Shown here: positions 26,567 through 36,181 of the stretch, in pieces | How the letters are laid out: each line of letters starts with the position of its first letter | Position numbering within the stretch: the stretch's first letter is position 1 | Origin: Polyangiaceae bacterium | Lineage (GTDB): Bacteria; Myxococcota_A; Polyangia; Polyangiales; Polyangiaceae | Direction: 5' to 3' | DNA length: 64,000 bases | Assembly (NCBI GenBank): GCA_044376115.1 | Contig: JBILLK010000020.1 | Location: 64,001 to 128,000, forward strand | The notes under the pieces: model-generated | Told to the model about the DNA's origin: nothing | Databases searched by the model: none | The model's input: only the letters and a program-made list of their open reading frames with translations | Program-made: the position numbers and the translations under genes

Positions 26567-29149
26567 GTGACGCGGACCGACCGCTCGGAGAGCGAACTCT
26601 CTACCCTTCGAAAGCGAGCTCTGGAGCTAGCTTCGGCTCGCAAGGAGCGGCCCACGACCGTGCACCTGCTCGCCGCTATCGCAGGCCGACCGGGGCAAGC
26701 GCAGGAGCTCCTGGCGACACGCGGACTCGACGAAGAGACGCTGCTCAAGGCGGGCCGCTCCTTCGACGAAAGCCTGGCAGATCCGATCGCCGTGAGCTTG
26801 GGCGTCGCCAAAGACGTCGCAAAGCGAGCACGCGGCCCAGTTTCCACCGACGACGGCAAACGCGGTCAGCCCAGCATCAGCCCCGATTCGAAGATGACGC
26901 ATCTCGAGCCGAACGCGCTGCATTTGTTGGTTGCGCTCTTGTCCGAACGACAGCTCGCAGCCCATCGCGCGCTCTCTCTCACCGGGGTTGATACCTCGCG
27001 TCTGCGAACCGCCGCGCTCGCGCTCGCGCTGGGCGTTCTGCCACAGCGGCGAGCCGTAACGCCGCTGAGTGAACAAGCCCGTGCAGCCTCGACGGTGCCG
27101 GTTTCACCGCGCTGGAAGCCTGAGCCTCCGAACCACAACGCGCCTCGCGTCGTGCCGCTGTTTCAACAGCCGAAGCGGTCAGTAGCGCCTTCGACGCCGC
27201 CGCCGAGCAACGCCGAAGCCAAGCCGGTGGAGCAAGCCAAACTGGGCGACGGTGCGAGCAAATTGCGCAGTCGACAACCGGCACGCAAGCCGGAGCCAAT
27301 AGCGCCTGCCCCCGCGAGCTCTCGCGAAGGCCAGACGATCGCACCTGCTACGACGAGCCCGCCGGCCGCAGACACCTCTGGCATGCCTACGCTGATCAGC
27401 TTGCGGGCGGCGGCAGTGCCCACCACCACGATCGTCGGTCGCGATGATGAACTCGCTCGCGCGCTCGATACGTTGTCGAAGCACAACGGCAACGCCATCG
27501 CGTTGATCGGCTCGAGCGGGGTTGGAAAGAGCACGCTGATCCGTGCGCTCGCGGCGCCGCTCGCCGCTCACAAGCGTCCGCTGCTGGAGATCGGCTTGGG
27601 GGCGCTGCTCGCCTCGGGGCCGCGCGGCGGGTTGGCGGACAAGCTGGGCATGGTGTTCGAAGAACTGCGCGCCCAACGTAGCGGCGCCGTCTTGTTCATC
27701 GACGACCTGCACGATCTTCTTGGCGCCTCCGACGACATCGTGAGCGAGCTCAAGACGCAGCTCGCGAGCTCCGACGTTGGCTTTGTCACAGCTACTACGC
27801 CGGAGATGTACCGTCGATTGATCGAGAACGACGCTCAACTCACCCGCCGACTCGTGCCGATCTTCGTCGAGGAACCAGACGAAGAGGAGGCGTTCTTGAT
27901 GACCCGCGCGGCTCTCCCCTCGTTCGCGAAGCACCATCGCGTGGTCTTCTCGGACCTGGCGATCGCGGCCGCGGTCAGCTGGACGATCCGCTATTTGCCC
28001 GGCCGTTCATTGCCCGAGAAAGCCATCGCGACGCTGGATCTCGCGGCGGCGAGAGCACGCCGTAAAGACCTCGGTGCCGACGTTGAGATCACGCCCGAGG
28101 ACGTCGCGCGTGCGCTCGCCGCCGAGGTGGACGTGCCGGTGACCCGCATGCTCGAGAGCGACGGCCAACGCATGCTGGCGCTCGAAGAGCACCTCGGGAA
28201 ACTCGTGATCGGCCATGAGGGCACGGTCAAGACCATCGCCGGGCATCTGCGCAAATCAGCTGTCGGGCTGCGAGGTAAGCGACCGCTCGGCTCCTTCTTG
28301 TTGCTTGGACCCACCGGCGTCGGAAAGACCGAGACCGCAAAAGCGGTGGCCGAGGTCATGTTCGGCTCAAGCGACGCAATGACGAGAATCGATCTGTCCG
28401 AATACGGCGAGGCCCACTCGGTGGCGCGTCTGCTTGGTGCACCGCCTGGCTATGTTGGACACGAGTCCGGCGGGCAGCTCACCGAGGCCGTTCGAAAGCG
28501 CGCCTACCAAGTCATCCTGCTCGACGAGCTGGAGAAGGCGCACACCGATGTGCTGCTCGCCTTCCTTCAAGTGCTCGACGAAGGCCACCTCACCGATGGC
28601 CGCGGTCGTCGAGTCGACTTCAAGAACACCGTACTCTTCGCAACGTCCAATCTTGGTTCGCGCGACGTGGCGGAGGCGTTGTCGGGTCGCAGCGTTGGCT
28701 TCGGTGGGCAGCGGGGTGGCTCGTCGCAGGGGCTCTCCGAGAAGGCCATCGGGGCCGCAAAAAAGGCCCTACCGATCGAGCTGTTCAATCGCTTCGACGA
28801 GGTGCTCTTCTTTGCGCCGCTCTCGCGGCCTGAGGTTCGGTCGATCGCCAAGAAGCTGATGGGCGAGCTCAGCCGCATGCTCGAGGCGCGCGACATGCGG
28901 CTCGAGGTCGATGACGCGGCGCTCGACGTACTGCTCGATAGCGGCGGCTTTCAACCTGAGCTCGGCGCGAGGCCGATGCGACGGGTGCTCGCGCGCTTGG
29001 TGGAAGCTCCCATCGCCGAGATGCTATTGCGCGGTGAACTCAGGCCTGGAATGGTCGCGCTCGTCGGCGAAGAGGACGGGAACATTCTCGTCGATGCAGT
29101 GGATCGAACGGCGAGCGCCATACCGCCAGCGGTCGCGCTGCTTTCGTAA
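26567..29149 (+). CDS. Clp/Hsp100 ATPase (ClpA/ClpC-like) with degenerate first nucleotide-binding domain
   Basis: Two Clp-N-like HLL repeats; NBD1 GSSGVGKS / FIDDLH; NBD2 GPTGVGKT, RIDLSEY, GAPPGYVG, LLDELEKAH, VGFG loop and GARPMRR. Confidence 0.92.
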   Translation: MTRTDRSESELSTLRKRALELASARKERPTTVHLLAAIAGRPGQAQELLATRGLDEETLLKAGRSFDESLADPIAVSLGVAKDVAKRARGPVSTDDGKRGQPSISPDSKMTHLEPNALHLLVALLSERQLAAHRALSLTGVDTSRLRTAALALALGVLPQRRAVTPLSEQARAASTVPVSPRWKPEPPNHNAPRVVPLFQQPKRSVAPSTPPPSNAEAKPVEQAKLGDGASKLRSRQPARKPEPIAPAPASSREGQTIAPATTSPPAADTSGMPTLISLRAAAVPTTTIVGRDDELARALDTLSKHNGNAIALIGSSGVGKSTLIRALAAPLAAHKRPLLEIGLGALLASGPRGGLADKLGMVFEELRAQRSGAVLFIDDLHDLLGASDDIVSELKTQLASSDVGFVTATTPEMYRRLIENDAQLTRRLVPIFVEEPDEEEAFLMTRAALPSFAKHHRVVFSDLAIAAAVSWTIRYLPGRSLPEKAIATLDLAAARARRKDLGADVEITPEDVARALAAEVDVPVTRMLESDGQRMLALEEHLGKLVIGHEGTVKTIAGHLRKSAVGLRGKRPLGSFLLLGPTGVGKTETAKAVAEVMFGSSDAMTRIDLSEYGEAHSVARLLGAPPGYVGHESGGQLTEAVRKRAYQVILLDELEKAHTDVLLAFLQVLDEGHLTDGRGRRVDFKNTVLFATSNLGSRDVAEALSGRSVGFGGQRGGSSQGLSEKAIGAAKKALPIELFNRFDEVLFFAPLSRPEVRSIAKKLMGELSRMLEARDMRLEVDDAALDVLLDSGGFQPELGARPMRRVLARLVEAPIAEMLLRGELRPGMVALVGEEDGNILVDAVDRTASAIPPAVALLS

Positions 29150-29243
29150 CGTGGAGCGACGGCGGATACCGGCGCTACCAGCGCCTCGAGTTGTCGACGG
29201 CGCCCCTTCCCCCGACGCGCCGTTCTGTTAGAGGAGCTAGCCG

Positions 29244-30494
29244 ATGGCCACTGAAGCAAGCGCAAAGACCCCGGGAGACTTAAACGAGCGTTCGGTGCGC
29301 TTGGCGATCCTGGTCGCGGCCTTGGGCTACTTCGTCGACATCTACGACCTGATCTTGTTCTCGTTCGTCGGCAAATCGAGTTTGAAGGACATGGGCGTAG
29401 AGGCCTCCTTGATCGACTCGACGTACGAAGGGGTCTTCAACACCCAGATGCTGGGCATGCTGGTCGGTGGGGTGCTTTGGGGCGTGCTCGGCGACAAGAA
29501 AGGACGCCTCTCGGTGCTGTTTGGTAGCATCCTGATGTACTCGCTCGCCAACGTCGCCAACGGCTTTCTGGAGACCACCACCTACTACGCGCACCTGCGT
29601 TTCATCGCCGGAGTGGGCCTGGCGGGGGAGCTCGGAGCTGGCGTCACCCTGGTCGGTGAAATCATGAGTCGCTCCTCTCGCGGGTGGGGCGCGACGATCA
29701 TCGCTGGGGTCGGCGTAACCGGGGCGCTCGCCGCCGGCCTCGTCGACAAGCTCGCCTCCTGGCGCACGGCCTACTTCATCGGTGGGGCGATGGGGCTCGC
29801 GCTGCTCCTCTTGCGGGTGGGCGTGCGCGAGTCCGGCATGTTCGAGTCGGTCAAGAACGACAAGGCGGTGAGTCGCGGTAACTTCTTCGCGCTGTTCACC
29901 GACGGCAATCGGGCGCTTCGCTACATCTCGGTGATCCTGACGGGCGTACCGATTTGGTACCTGATCGGCATTCTAGCGATTCGTGCGCCCAAGCTCGGTA
30001 AAGACATGGGCATCAGCGAGACCATCACCGGCCGCACCGCGATCATCCTCGCGTACAGCGGGCTCGCGCTGGGTGATCTCGCGAGCGGCATCGTCTCGCA
30101 GTGGCTGCAGAGTCGCCGACGGGCGGTCGCTTTTTTCATCGCCTTGGCCGGCCTCGGTTCGACCATCTACTTCACGCTCGGACGCAGCTCCGTTGACATG
30201 CTGTACGCCTCTTGCTTCATCGCAGGGCTCGGCGGCGGCTATTGGGCCGTGTTCGTCACCATGGCGTCCGAGCAGTTCGGCACCAACTTGCGCTCGACCG
30301 TCACCACCACCGCGCCCAACTTCGTGCGCGGCTCGCTCGTGCTCGTGAGCATGTTCATTTCGGCCATCGAACCGGCGCTAGGCGTGTGGAAGGCGGCGAT
30401 GGTGGCGGGGGTCGTGTGCCTCGCGATCGGCCTTCTGTCGCTGTTGCCGCTGCGAGAGTCCTTCGGCAAGGACCTCAACTTTGTCGAAGAGTGA
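29244..30494 (+). CDS. MFS transporter
   Basis: LGYFVDIYD, motif A GVLGDKKGR, RFIAGVGLAGE, EQFGTNLRST; about 12 TM segments. Confidence 0.93.
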   Translation: MATEASAKTPGDLNERSVRLAILVAALGYFVDIYDLILFSFVGKSSLKDMGVEASLIDSTYEGVFNTQMLGMLVGGVLWGVLGDKKGRLSVLFGSILMYSLANVANGFLETTTYYAHLRFIAGVGLAGELGAGVTLVGEIMSRSSRGWGATIIAGVGVTGALAAGLVDKLASWRTAYFIGGAMGLALLLLRVGVRESGMFESVKNDKAVSRGNFFALFTDGNRALRYISVILTGVPIWYLIGILAIRAPKLGKDMGISETITGRTAIILAYSGLALGDLASGIVSQWLQSRRRAVAFFIALAGLGSTIYFTLGRSSVDMLYASCFIAGLGGGYWAVFVTMASEQFGTNLRSTVTTTAPNFVRGSLVLVSMFISAIEPALGVWKAAMVAGVVCLAIGLLSLLPLRESFGKDLNFVEE

Positions 30495-30519
30495 CCGTGG
30501 ATCGTTCGGTCGTGCCTAA

Positions 30520-30894
30520 CTAGCTTGGCCGCTTGCGGCGCGGTGGGCGCAGCGTCGCCAGGGTTGAGCCCAGCCCATCCGATCGGAATACGATCACCAG
30601 CGGGTGACGGGACAACTGCTTCTGCACGCGCTGGCGTTGCACGCCCTTACCGCGACCGTGAATCACGCGAACCTCGGGGAGCCCTTTCTCAGCGGCTTCG
30701 CGCAGGTATTCATCGACCACCGACGGGATGTCTCGCGGCGCAAAGTGGTGCAGATCGATCGAGGCCTCGATCGGCACGACCAGCACCTCGTCGCTTGGCT
30801 CGCCTTCAGGCTCGGGCTCCGACGCCAGCACGACCGCGTGAGCGCGCGTGCCGAAAAGCCAATCACGCACCCGCTGCCACAAGCTGCTCGGCAC
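30520..30894 (-). CDS. Stand-alone Smr (small MutS-related) domain protein
   Basis: SIDLHHF, VRVIHGRGKGVQR and GSTLATL. Confidence 0.88.
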   Translation of the reverse strand: MPSSLWQRVRDWLFGTRAHAVVLASEPEPEGEPSDEVLVVPIEASIDLHHFAPRDIPSVVDEYLREAAEKGLPEVRVIHGRGKGVQRQRVQKQLSRHPLVIVFRSDGLGSTLATLRPPRRKRPS

Positions 30895-30909
30895 GGTTGG
30901 CGGTGGACC

Positions 30910-31686
30910 TCAGACTGGCCGCTTCGATCGGATCACAGCGTTGCGTAGGCCGGTGGGAAGCGCGTTGCCCGCCGCGATACCGAAGGCGAGCGGAAACGGA
31001 AAGCGCACCGTGCGCTTCTTGCGTCGAAGCCCGGTATCGATGATGCGAGCCGCGCGGTCCAGCTCGACGATGAACGGCATTTCAAAGCGGTTCTTGTCGG
31101 TGAGCGGCGTTTTCACGAAACCGGGCCGCACGTCGGTCACGGTGATGCCGTGTGGCTCGAGATCACTGGCCGCTGAAGCGAGAAAAAAGCTGAGTGCGCA
31201 CTTGCTCGTGCCGTAGTCGGCGGCAGTCGGCAGAGGAACCTCCCCGGCCAAGCTTGTTACGCCCACCAAGTGCCCGGACCCACGCTGAATCATCGAAGGG
31301 ATGACCGGCAACAGCGTCGCAACCGCGCCCAGGTAGTTGGTCTCGATCGTCTCGCGCATGCCGGCCAGTGTTTGCCTGGCCACAGGCTGCTGCGACCCGC
31401 CGATGCCAGCGTTGGCCACCACGAGATTGAAGCCGCCGACCTCTTCGTTGAGCTTCGATACCGTCGCCTCAGTGGCCTCGGGTTGCGAAACATCCAAGCT
31501 GACCGCATGGGCGCGGCCGCCGTTTGCCACGATCTCGGTCACCAGCTCATCCAGGGCGGTTCGGCGGCGGGCGGCAACCCAAATCTCAAAACCACGCTGC
31601 GCGAGCACACCCGCAAGCGCTCGGCCGATGCCACTCGAAGCGCCGGTTATCAGCGCTTTTCCTGCGAAGCTCGCGTCGTCAGCCAC
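30910..31686 (-). CDS. Short-chain dehydrogenase/reductase
   Basis: ITGASSGIG, ANAG, YGTSK (YxxxK) and PGFVKT. Confidence 0.93.
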   Translation of the reverse strand: MADDASFAGKALITGASSGIGRALAGVLAQRGFEIWVAARRRTALDELVTEIVANGGRAHAVSLDVSQPEATEATVSKLNEEVGGFNLVVANAGIGGSQQPVARQTLAGMRETIETNYLGAVATLLPVIPSMIQRGSGHLVGVTSLAGEVPLPTAADYGTSKCALSFFLASAASDLEPHGITVTDVRPGFVKTPLTDKNRFEMPFIVELDRAARIIDTGLRRKKRTVRFPFPLAFGIAAGNALPTGLRNAVIRSKRPV

Positions 31687-31687
31687 G

Positions 31688-32995
31688 TCACTCCTTCGGT
31701 CGGTCGAGACCGCGTCTCAACGTCTCGGTCCCCAACCAATCGAGGCCTCGAATCGGCTCCCTTTGCGAGTGGGCATCCTCCTCGAGCGCGACGGCCAGAG
31801 CCTCAACCTGTTCACTACATGACGAAAAACGCATGGCCGGAATCACGTCGCAAGCGCGCTTGAACCAGCTGTCGAAGGCGGGGCCAATCACAAGGGCGGA
31901 ACGAACGCCGCGCGCAGCCACAACGGCAGAGGGCGCCAACTTGGGACCAGCAACGATCGCCGCCAAAAGGTCCGACATCGGGGCTGGGGACCAATAGCTC
32001 TCCGAAGTAAGCAGCCGAAACGCGACCACCGCCAACGCCCAACGATCGGTCGCGGGTGAGACCGACGCGCCTTGAACCTGCTCGGGAGCCATGTACCAAG
32101 CCGTGCCGAAGAAGCCTTTACCGACCACTTGCGTGCGACCGAAATCGAGCAGCTTGATGCCTCGCCGACCTTCGACCTGCGTGAGAAATAGGTTTCCCGG
32201 CTTCAGGTCGCAGTGAACGATGCCCTCCGCGTGGGCAACGTCGAGAGCTTGGGCCACGTCACGAAGGTGGCTGAGGGCATCGGCGACAGGAAGGGCACCA
32301 TGCTTCTGCAAGATCGCCCGCAGGTCTTCCCCTTCGAGCAGCTCCATCGCCAAAAAGGGAACCGGGCCAAGCAGCGGTTCGGATGGCCGTACTGAGGCAA
32401 CCAAATCCAAGGAAACCCCGGCGCCCACGACCTTCACCACGAAGGGCGACGCAATTCGTGAAAGACGCTCGGCCTCGAGAATGAAGGCATCCTGGTCCGG
32501 CTCCTGACTCATGCGCTCGCGGTCGAAGAGCTTGAGCGCGACCGGCTCACCGGCTCGCAAGTCGTGTGCGCGAAAGACGAATCCGCTGGCACCTTGGCCG
32601 AGCGGACTTTCGATCCGGTAGTGATCCACCGTTTCCCCGGCGAGCTTCTCACTGATGCGCGCCATGTCGGCGCCGCGGCCCGCCACCGACGGGAAGATGG
32701 ATGGACTGATCGAGAGGCTCTGCGGCGGCCGCATCGTGCCCGCTTGCAACAACGACTCAATCAGTGGGGTCGGTCGCGGGGAGACTTTCGGCAGCGACGG
32801 CCGCGTCCGAGAGGTGTCGGTTTGAGGTAACAGCGCACGACGGGTGACGGGAGGCGTCGGTACGCGTCCACCTCGACGGGAAAGCTCCGCGCTGGACGGA
32901 CTTCCGGGCTGGGCGATACCGAAGGGCATGTCGCCGTCCCTTTTTCCTTCGCCGTTCACTTTGTAGTACACGCTACCCCGAGTGTTGCGCTGCAT
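31688..32995 (-). CDS. Cytoplasmic Ser/Thr protein kinase with Pro/Arg-rich N-terminal extension
   Basis: LGQGASGFV, VALK, HCDLKPGN, LLDFG and GTAWYMAPEQ; no TM segment. ATG overlaps the upstream stop. Confidence 0.88.
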   Translation of the reverse strand: MQRNTRGSVYYKVNGEGKRDGDMPFGIAQPGSPSSAELSRRGGRVPTPPVTRRALLPQTDTSRTRPSLPKVSPRPTPLIESLLQAGTMRPPQSLSISPSIFPSVAGRGADMARISEKLAGETVDHYRIESPLGQGASGFVFRAHDLRAGEPVALKLFDRERMSQEPDQDAFILEAERLSRIASPFVVKVVGAGVSLDLVASVRPSEPLLGPVPFLAMELLEGEDLRAILQKHGALPVADALSHLRDVAQALDVAHAEGIVHCDLKPGNLFLTQVEGRRGIKLLDFGRTQVVGKGFFGTAWYMAPEQVQGASVSPATDRWALAVVAFRLLTSESYWSPAPMSDLLAAIVAGPKLAPSAVVAARGVRSALVIGPAFDSWFKRACDVIPAMRFSSCSEQVEALAVALEEDAHSQREPIRGLDWLGTETLRRGLDRPKE

Positions 32996-33732
32996 CAAGG
33001 GTCGAGCGTCAGCGCAAGGGGTAGCTCAGCGGCGGAGAGAAGATCGTGAGCGCGCGGCAGACTCTGCACCAAACCGCGCAAGTAGAGCTGCCGGCGTTCA
33101 TGCTCCGGAAGGTCTCCCGCCCGCCCCTTGGTCGCTTCGTAGAGCAGAATGCCAGTAGTGACGCTCACGTTGAGGCTCTCGGCGTAGCCCCGCATGGGCA
33201 CGCGCACGGCGCGCCGACAGCGCGACGCAAGATCCTGACCTATGCCCTCTCGCTCACTGCCCACCACGATCGCGAAGGGCTCCTTCAAAACGGTGAGATC
33301 CCCTGGCTCGAGTTCGCCGTCGGGGTGAGCGGCGATCCACTCGATTTTGTCGGGGGGTAGCGCTTTGGCGATGTCGTCGACGCTGCGGTGCGCTGTCACG
33401 TCGACCCATCGTTCCGAGCCGCGCGCGACCGAGCGAGCCGCCAAGAAGGACTCGTAGCGCTCGAGGACGTGCACGTATTGCAAACCGAAGACGTCGGCGG
33501 TTCGCACGATGGCTGCGCCGTTGTGCGGGTCGTGGAAGGAGTCGAGGATGACGTTCACCGAGCGCACGCGGCGCTCGATGTTGCGCAGCAGCTTCTCGCG
33601 CCGCTCGGGCGTCACGAAGCCCTCGAGCGCGGCGATGCGAAGCTCCACCTCGTTGGCGGGCAGCTTGTTGACGGCCAGCGCAACGGGCCGAAGCCGCGCC
33701 ATCTGATCGATATCGCTCAAACTGCGTCGCAT
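32995..33732 (-). CDS. TrmH/SpoU family RNA methyltransferase
   Basis: DPHNGAAIVRTAD.FG, VGSEREG and PMRGYAESLNVSV. Confidence 0.9.
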   Translation of the reverse strand: MRRSLSDIDQMARLRPVALAVNKLPANEVELRIAALEGFVTPERREKLLRNIERRVRSVNVILDSFHDPHNGAAIVRTADVFGLQYVHVLERYESFLAARSVARGSERWVDVTAHRSVDDIAKALPPDKIEWIAAHPDGELEPGDLTVLKEPFAIVVGSEREGIGQDLASRCRRAVRVPMRGYAESLNVSVTTGILLYEATKGRAGDLPEHERRQLYLRGLVQSLPRAHDLLSAAELPLALTLDP

Positions 33733-33835
33733 CGCGCACGAGCTACAGCGTTCGGCTCAGGCCGCCAAGTCCTTCCACACGAGGCGCCGACACGGGTCGA
33801 CCCGTCGCCTTGTCGTGGTACTGTGCCGAATCCCG

Positions 33836-34711
33836 ATGCGGCGCCGAGCCCAAACCTTCGCCTTTGTTCTTTTGGCTAACCTGGCCGTAACGACCGCAGC
33901 CGTGGGCCAACCCGCGCCGCCTGTCCCACCGCCCGTTGAGCCCCAACCGGCACCACAACCTCTTCCTGATGGCACGCCGCCGCCAGCCGCTCCGCCTCCC
34001 GCCGCACAGCCCGCACCGATGCAAACACCGGGTGTTCCTCCGGGTGCTTGGGTCGAGCCGCAGCCGCAACAGCCTCCGTATCCTCAGCAACCTGCGCCGT
34101 ATCCTCAACAGCCCCCCTATGGCTACGGCCCGTACGGCCAGTATCAACCAATGCCGTACCAGCCGCCGGTCGGCCCGCCACCTCCTCCGCTGCCGCCGCG
34201 GGAGCCCTCGTGCTGTCGTTTCGGCATTCGCTTCGATCCGTTTGACCTGCTGTTCCGTCGCCTTTCCTTCCAGACCGAGGTCGGGATCTGGGGGCCGTTC
34301 TCGGTTGAAGCTGAAACCACCTGGATTTTCGGCTCACCCACCGAGAACCTCGACACCACCGGCGGCGCCTTGATGGGCAGCGTGCTCGTGTACATCAGCG
34401 GGCGTTACCTCGAGGGCTTCTACGCCAAGGCCAGCGTCGGCTTCGAGTCGTTCGAGGCCGTGCTCACCGATGAGCCGCTGCAGAAGAGCACCACCGCCGA
34501 CGTCTCCTCGCCCATTTTTGGCATTTCGATCGGTAGCTCGACGGTCTTCGGAGGTGACGACTTCGGCTTCAACCTCGCCGGCGGAGTAGGCATCGGCTTT
34601 GCCACCGGGGAACCGGTCACGCTGCAGGCGGGCCGCTACGAGACCGTGTTCTACGACAAGAGTTCGAGCATTCAGCTGTTGGCTTCGCTCGGGCTCGGCA
34701 TTGGCTTTTAG
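33836..34711 (+). CDS. Hypothetical outer-membrane beta-barrel protein with Pro/Gln/Tyr-rich N-terminal region
   Basis: Signal peptide, long PPQQPPY tract, alternating beta-strand pattern and terminal Phe (LGLGIGF). Confidence 0.72.
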   Translation: MRRRAQTFAFVLLANLAVTTAAVGQPAPPVPPPVEPQPAPQPLPDGTPPPAAPPPAAQPAPMQTPGVPPGAWVEPQPQQPPYPQQPAPYPQQPPYGYGPYGQYQPMPYQPPVGPPPPPLPPREPSCCRFGIRFDPFDLLFRRLSFQTEVGIWGPFSVEAETTWIFGSPTENLDTTGGALMGSVLVYISGRYLEGFYAKASVGFESFEAVLTDEPLQKSTTADVSSPIFGISIGSSTVFGGDDFGFNLAGGVGIGFATGEPVTLQAGRYETVFYDKSSSIQLLASLGLGIGF

Positions 34712-35319
34712 CGGCGCAAACGAAGCGAGAGCGATAGCCGAAACAGCGTCGGGTCTTGCGAGCCCGTTTCACCGAGCGACACCTTGCGAAAGGCTCGCGA
34801 GACGCAATCTCGCATTCGAAGGTCATTGGGCATGCTGCTGACGCCGTGGCTTTCGAGCACCTCGCCGAGCGGAGAAACGAGAGCCTCGAGCGTGACCACT
34901 GCGTCCGCTGAAAGGCATGGTCGAAACGAGTCCATCGAGGCGGCCACCGCTGATTGAACGCGAGATTGGTCGAGGGAACCACCTGCCGACTGGACGGAGG
35001 AGGCCGCCACGGGTTTGGGTTTGTCTTCAGGCTTTGTCGACTCCTCTCCCTTCGGTGAGATTGGTTTTCGGATCCCCCTAACCACGCGTGGACCCGAGCC
35101 GCCGGCCTCGAGGACTGGCACTTTGGTCTCCTCGAAGTCCAACAGGTCGACCTCCAGACTCAGCGTGGGAGGAGGAGGCGGGGGAGGTGGAGGTGGCAGT
35201 GCAAGAGGCGGCGGCCCCGGCGGCGGCTCCTCCGGCTTTATTGCCGCGGACTCGGCGAGCGCAGCGGAGCAAGCGCAAGCCAACAAACAGAAGGGTGCAA
35301 CCCAAGCATGCAGCCTCAT
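34708..35319 (-). CDS. Predicted lipoprotein with AgmX/PglI C-terminal-like (TonB-C-like) domain
   Basis: LLAC lipobox, poly-Pro, LDQSRVQSAV..SMDSFRPC...VSPLGEV...DCV. ATG overlaps the upstream stop (ATGA). Confidence 0.65.
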   Translation of the reverse strand: MRLHAWVAPFCLLACACSAALAESAAIKPEEPPPGPPPLALPPPPPPPPPPTLSLEVDLLDFEETKVPVLEAGGSGPRVVRGIRKPISPKGEESTKPEDKPKPVAASSVQSAGGSLDQSRVQSAVAASMDSFRPCLSADAVVTLEALVSPLGEVLESHGVSSMPNDLRMRDCVSRAFRKVSLGETGSQDPTLFRLSLSLRLRR

Positions 35320-35993
35320 AACGTCCCTTTTCGAAGCTTTAGTTTCAGCGACACAACCGTGGCTTCTCCGCCGCGAACGTTGCCCAAACGAAGTTTGCGT
35401 AAGACGGAGGCGACGCAATCTCGAGCCAAAGGGACGTCGGGCTGGCTCTTTGTGACCGAAACCTCCGACAATTCGCCCGAGGGTTGAACCTTCATGGTGA
35501 CGTCGAGCACAGTGTCCTCACGCAAACAGCGCTCCATCGCCGGCGAGTTGGCGTCGAGAACCGAGCGCAAATCAGCTTCTTGAACCTGGCCCTGAAGGGG
35601 CGAAGCCACGGCGGCGAGCACGGAAGCGCCGTGCTGCGAGTCCTCCTTGATCGGGCTGAGTTGGGGCGCACTCGGATGCTTCTCTCCACCGAAGTCGCGT
35701 TCGTCGGGCTTGACCTGTTCAGCCTCTGCCTCGCCGGTCGCGACCGTTGTGCCTTTCCTCGAGGACTCTTGCCTTATCGCGGCGGAACCATCTCCCGCGA
35801 TCCCCGTATTCAGCGAAGCCGCAGCGCTAGCGACCGCCTGACTCGAGGAGGCCTGACTTGCGTCTTGACGTTGTGAACAAGCTGCAGCGGATACGACGAG
35901 CAGCGCACAGAGACCCAATTCGCAACTCACTCGGCCGAGGCTAACACCCCCAAGGAACCTTGAGCGAAACGAGGCTGCGTGGAAGGCTGTCAT
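35316..35993 (-). CDS. Predicted lipoprotein with AgmX/PglI C-terminal-like domain, paralog of its neighbour
   Basis: AAAC lipobox; LRSVLDANSPAMERC...VQPSGEL...DCV. Start uncertain. Confidence 0.65.
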   Translation of the reverse strand: MTAFHAASFRSRFLGGVSLGRVSCELGLCALLVVSAAACSQRQDASQASSSQAVASAAASLNTGIAGDGSAAIRQESSRKGTTVATGEAEAEQVKPDERDFGGEKHPSAPQLSPIKEDSQHGASVLAAVASPLQGQVQEADLRSVLDANSPAMERCLREDTVLDVTMKVQPSGELSEVSVTKSQPDVPLARDCVASVLRKLRLGNVRGGEATVVSLKLKLRKGTL

Positions 35994-36181
35994 GGCGAAG
36001 CTCAGACGCGTGACAGCGTCAAAAGAGTTCCGCCAACGAGTCGAAGGTTCAGATTGGCCGTCGAGTCACAATGAGTGGCTCCTGCGCTGGCTCAGCGTGG
36101 CCCAGCGAGAAAGCCGGTCCTTTGATTCCATCGCAAAGCGCGCCACACAAAGATGGCCGTAATTTTGCATTGGAAGACTCC

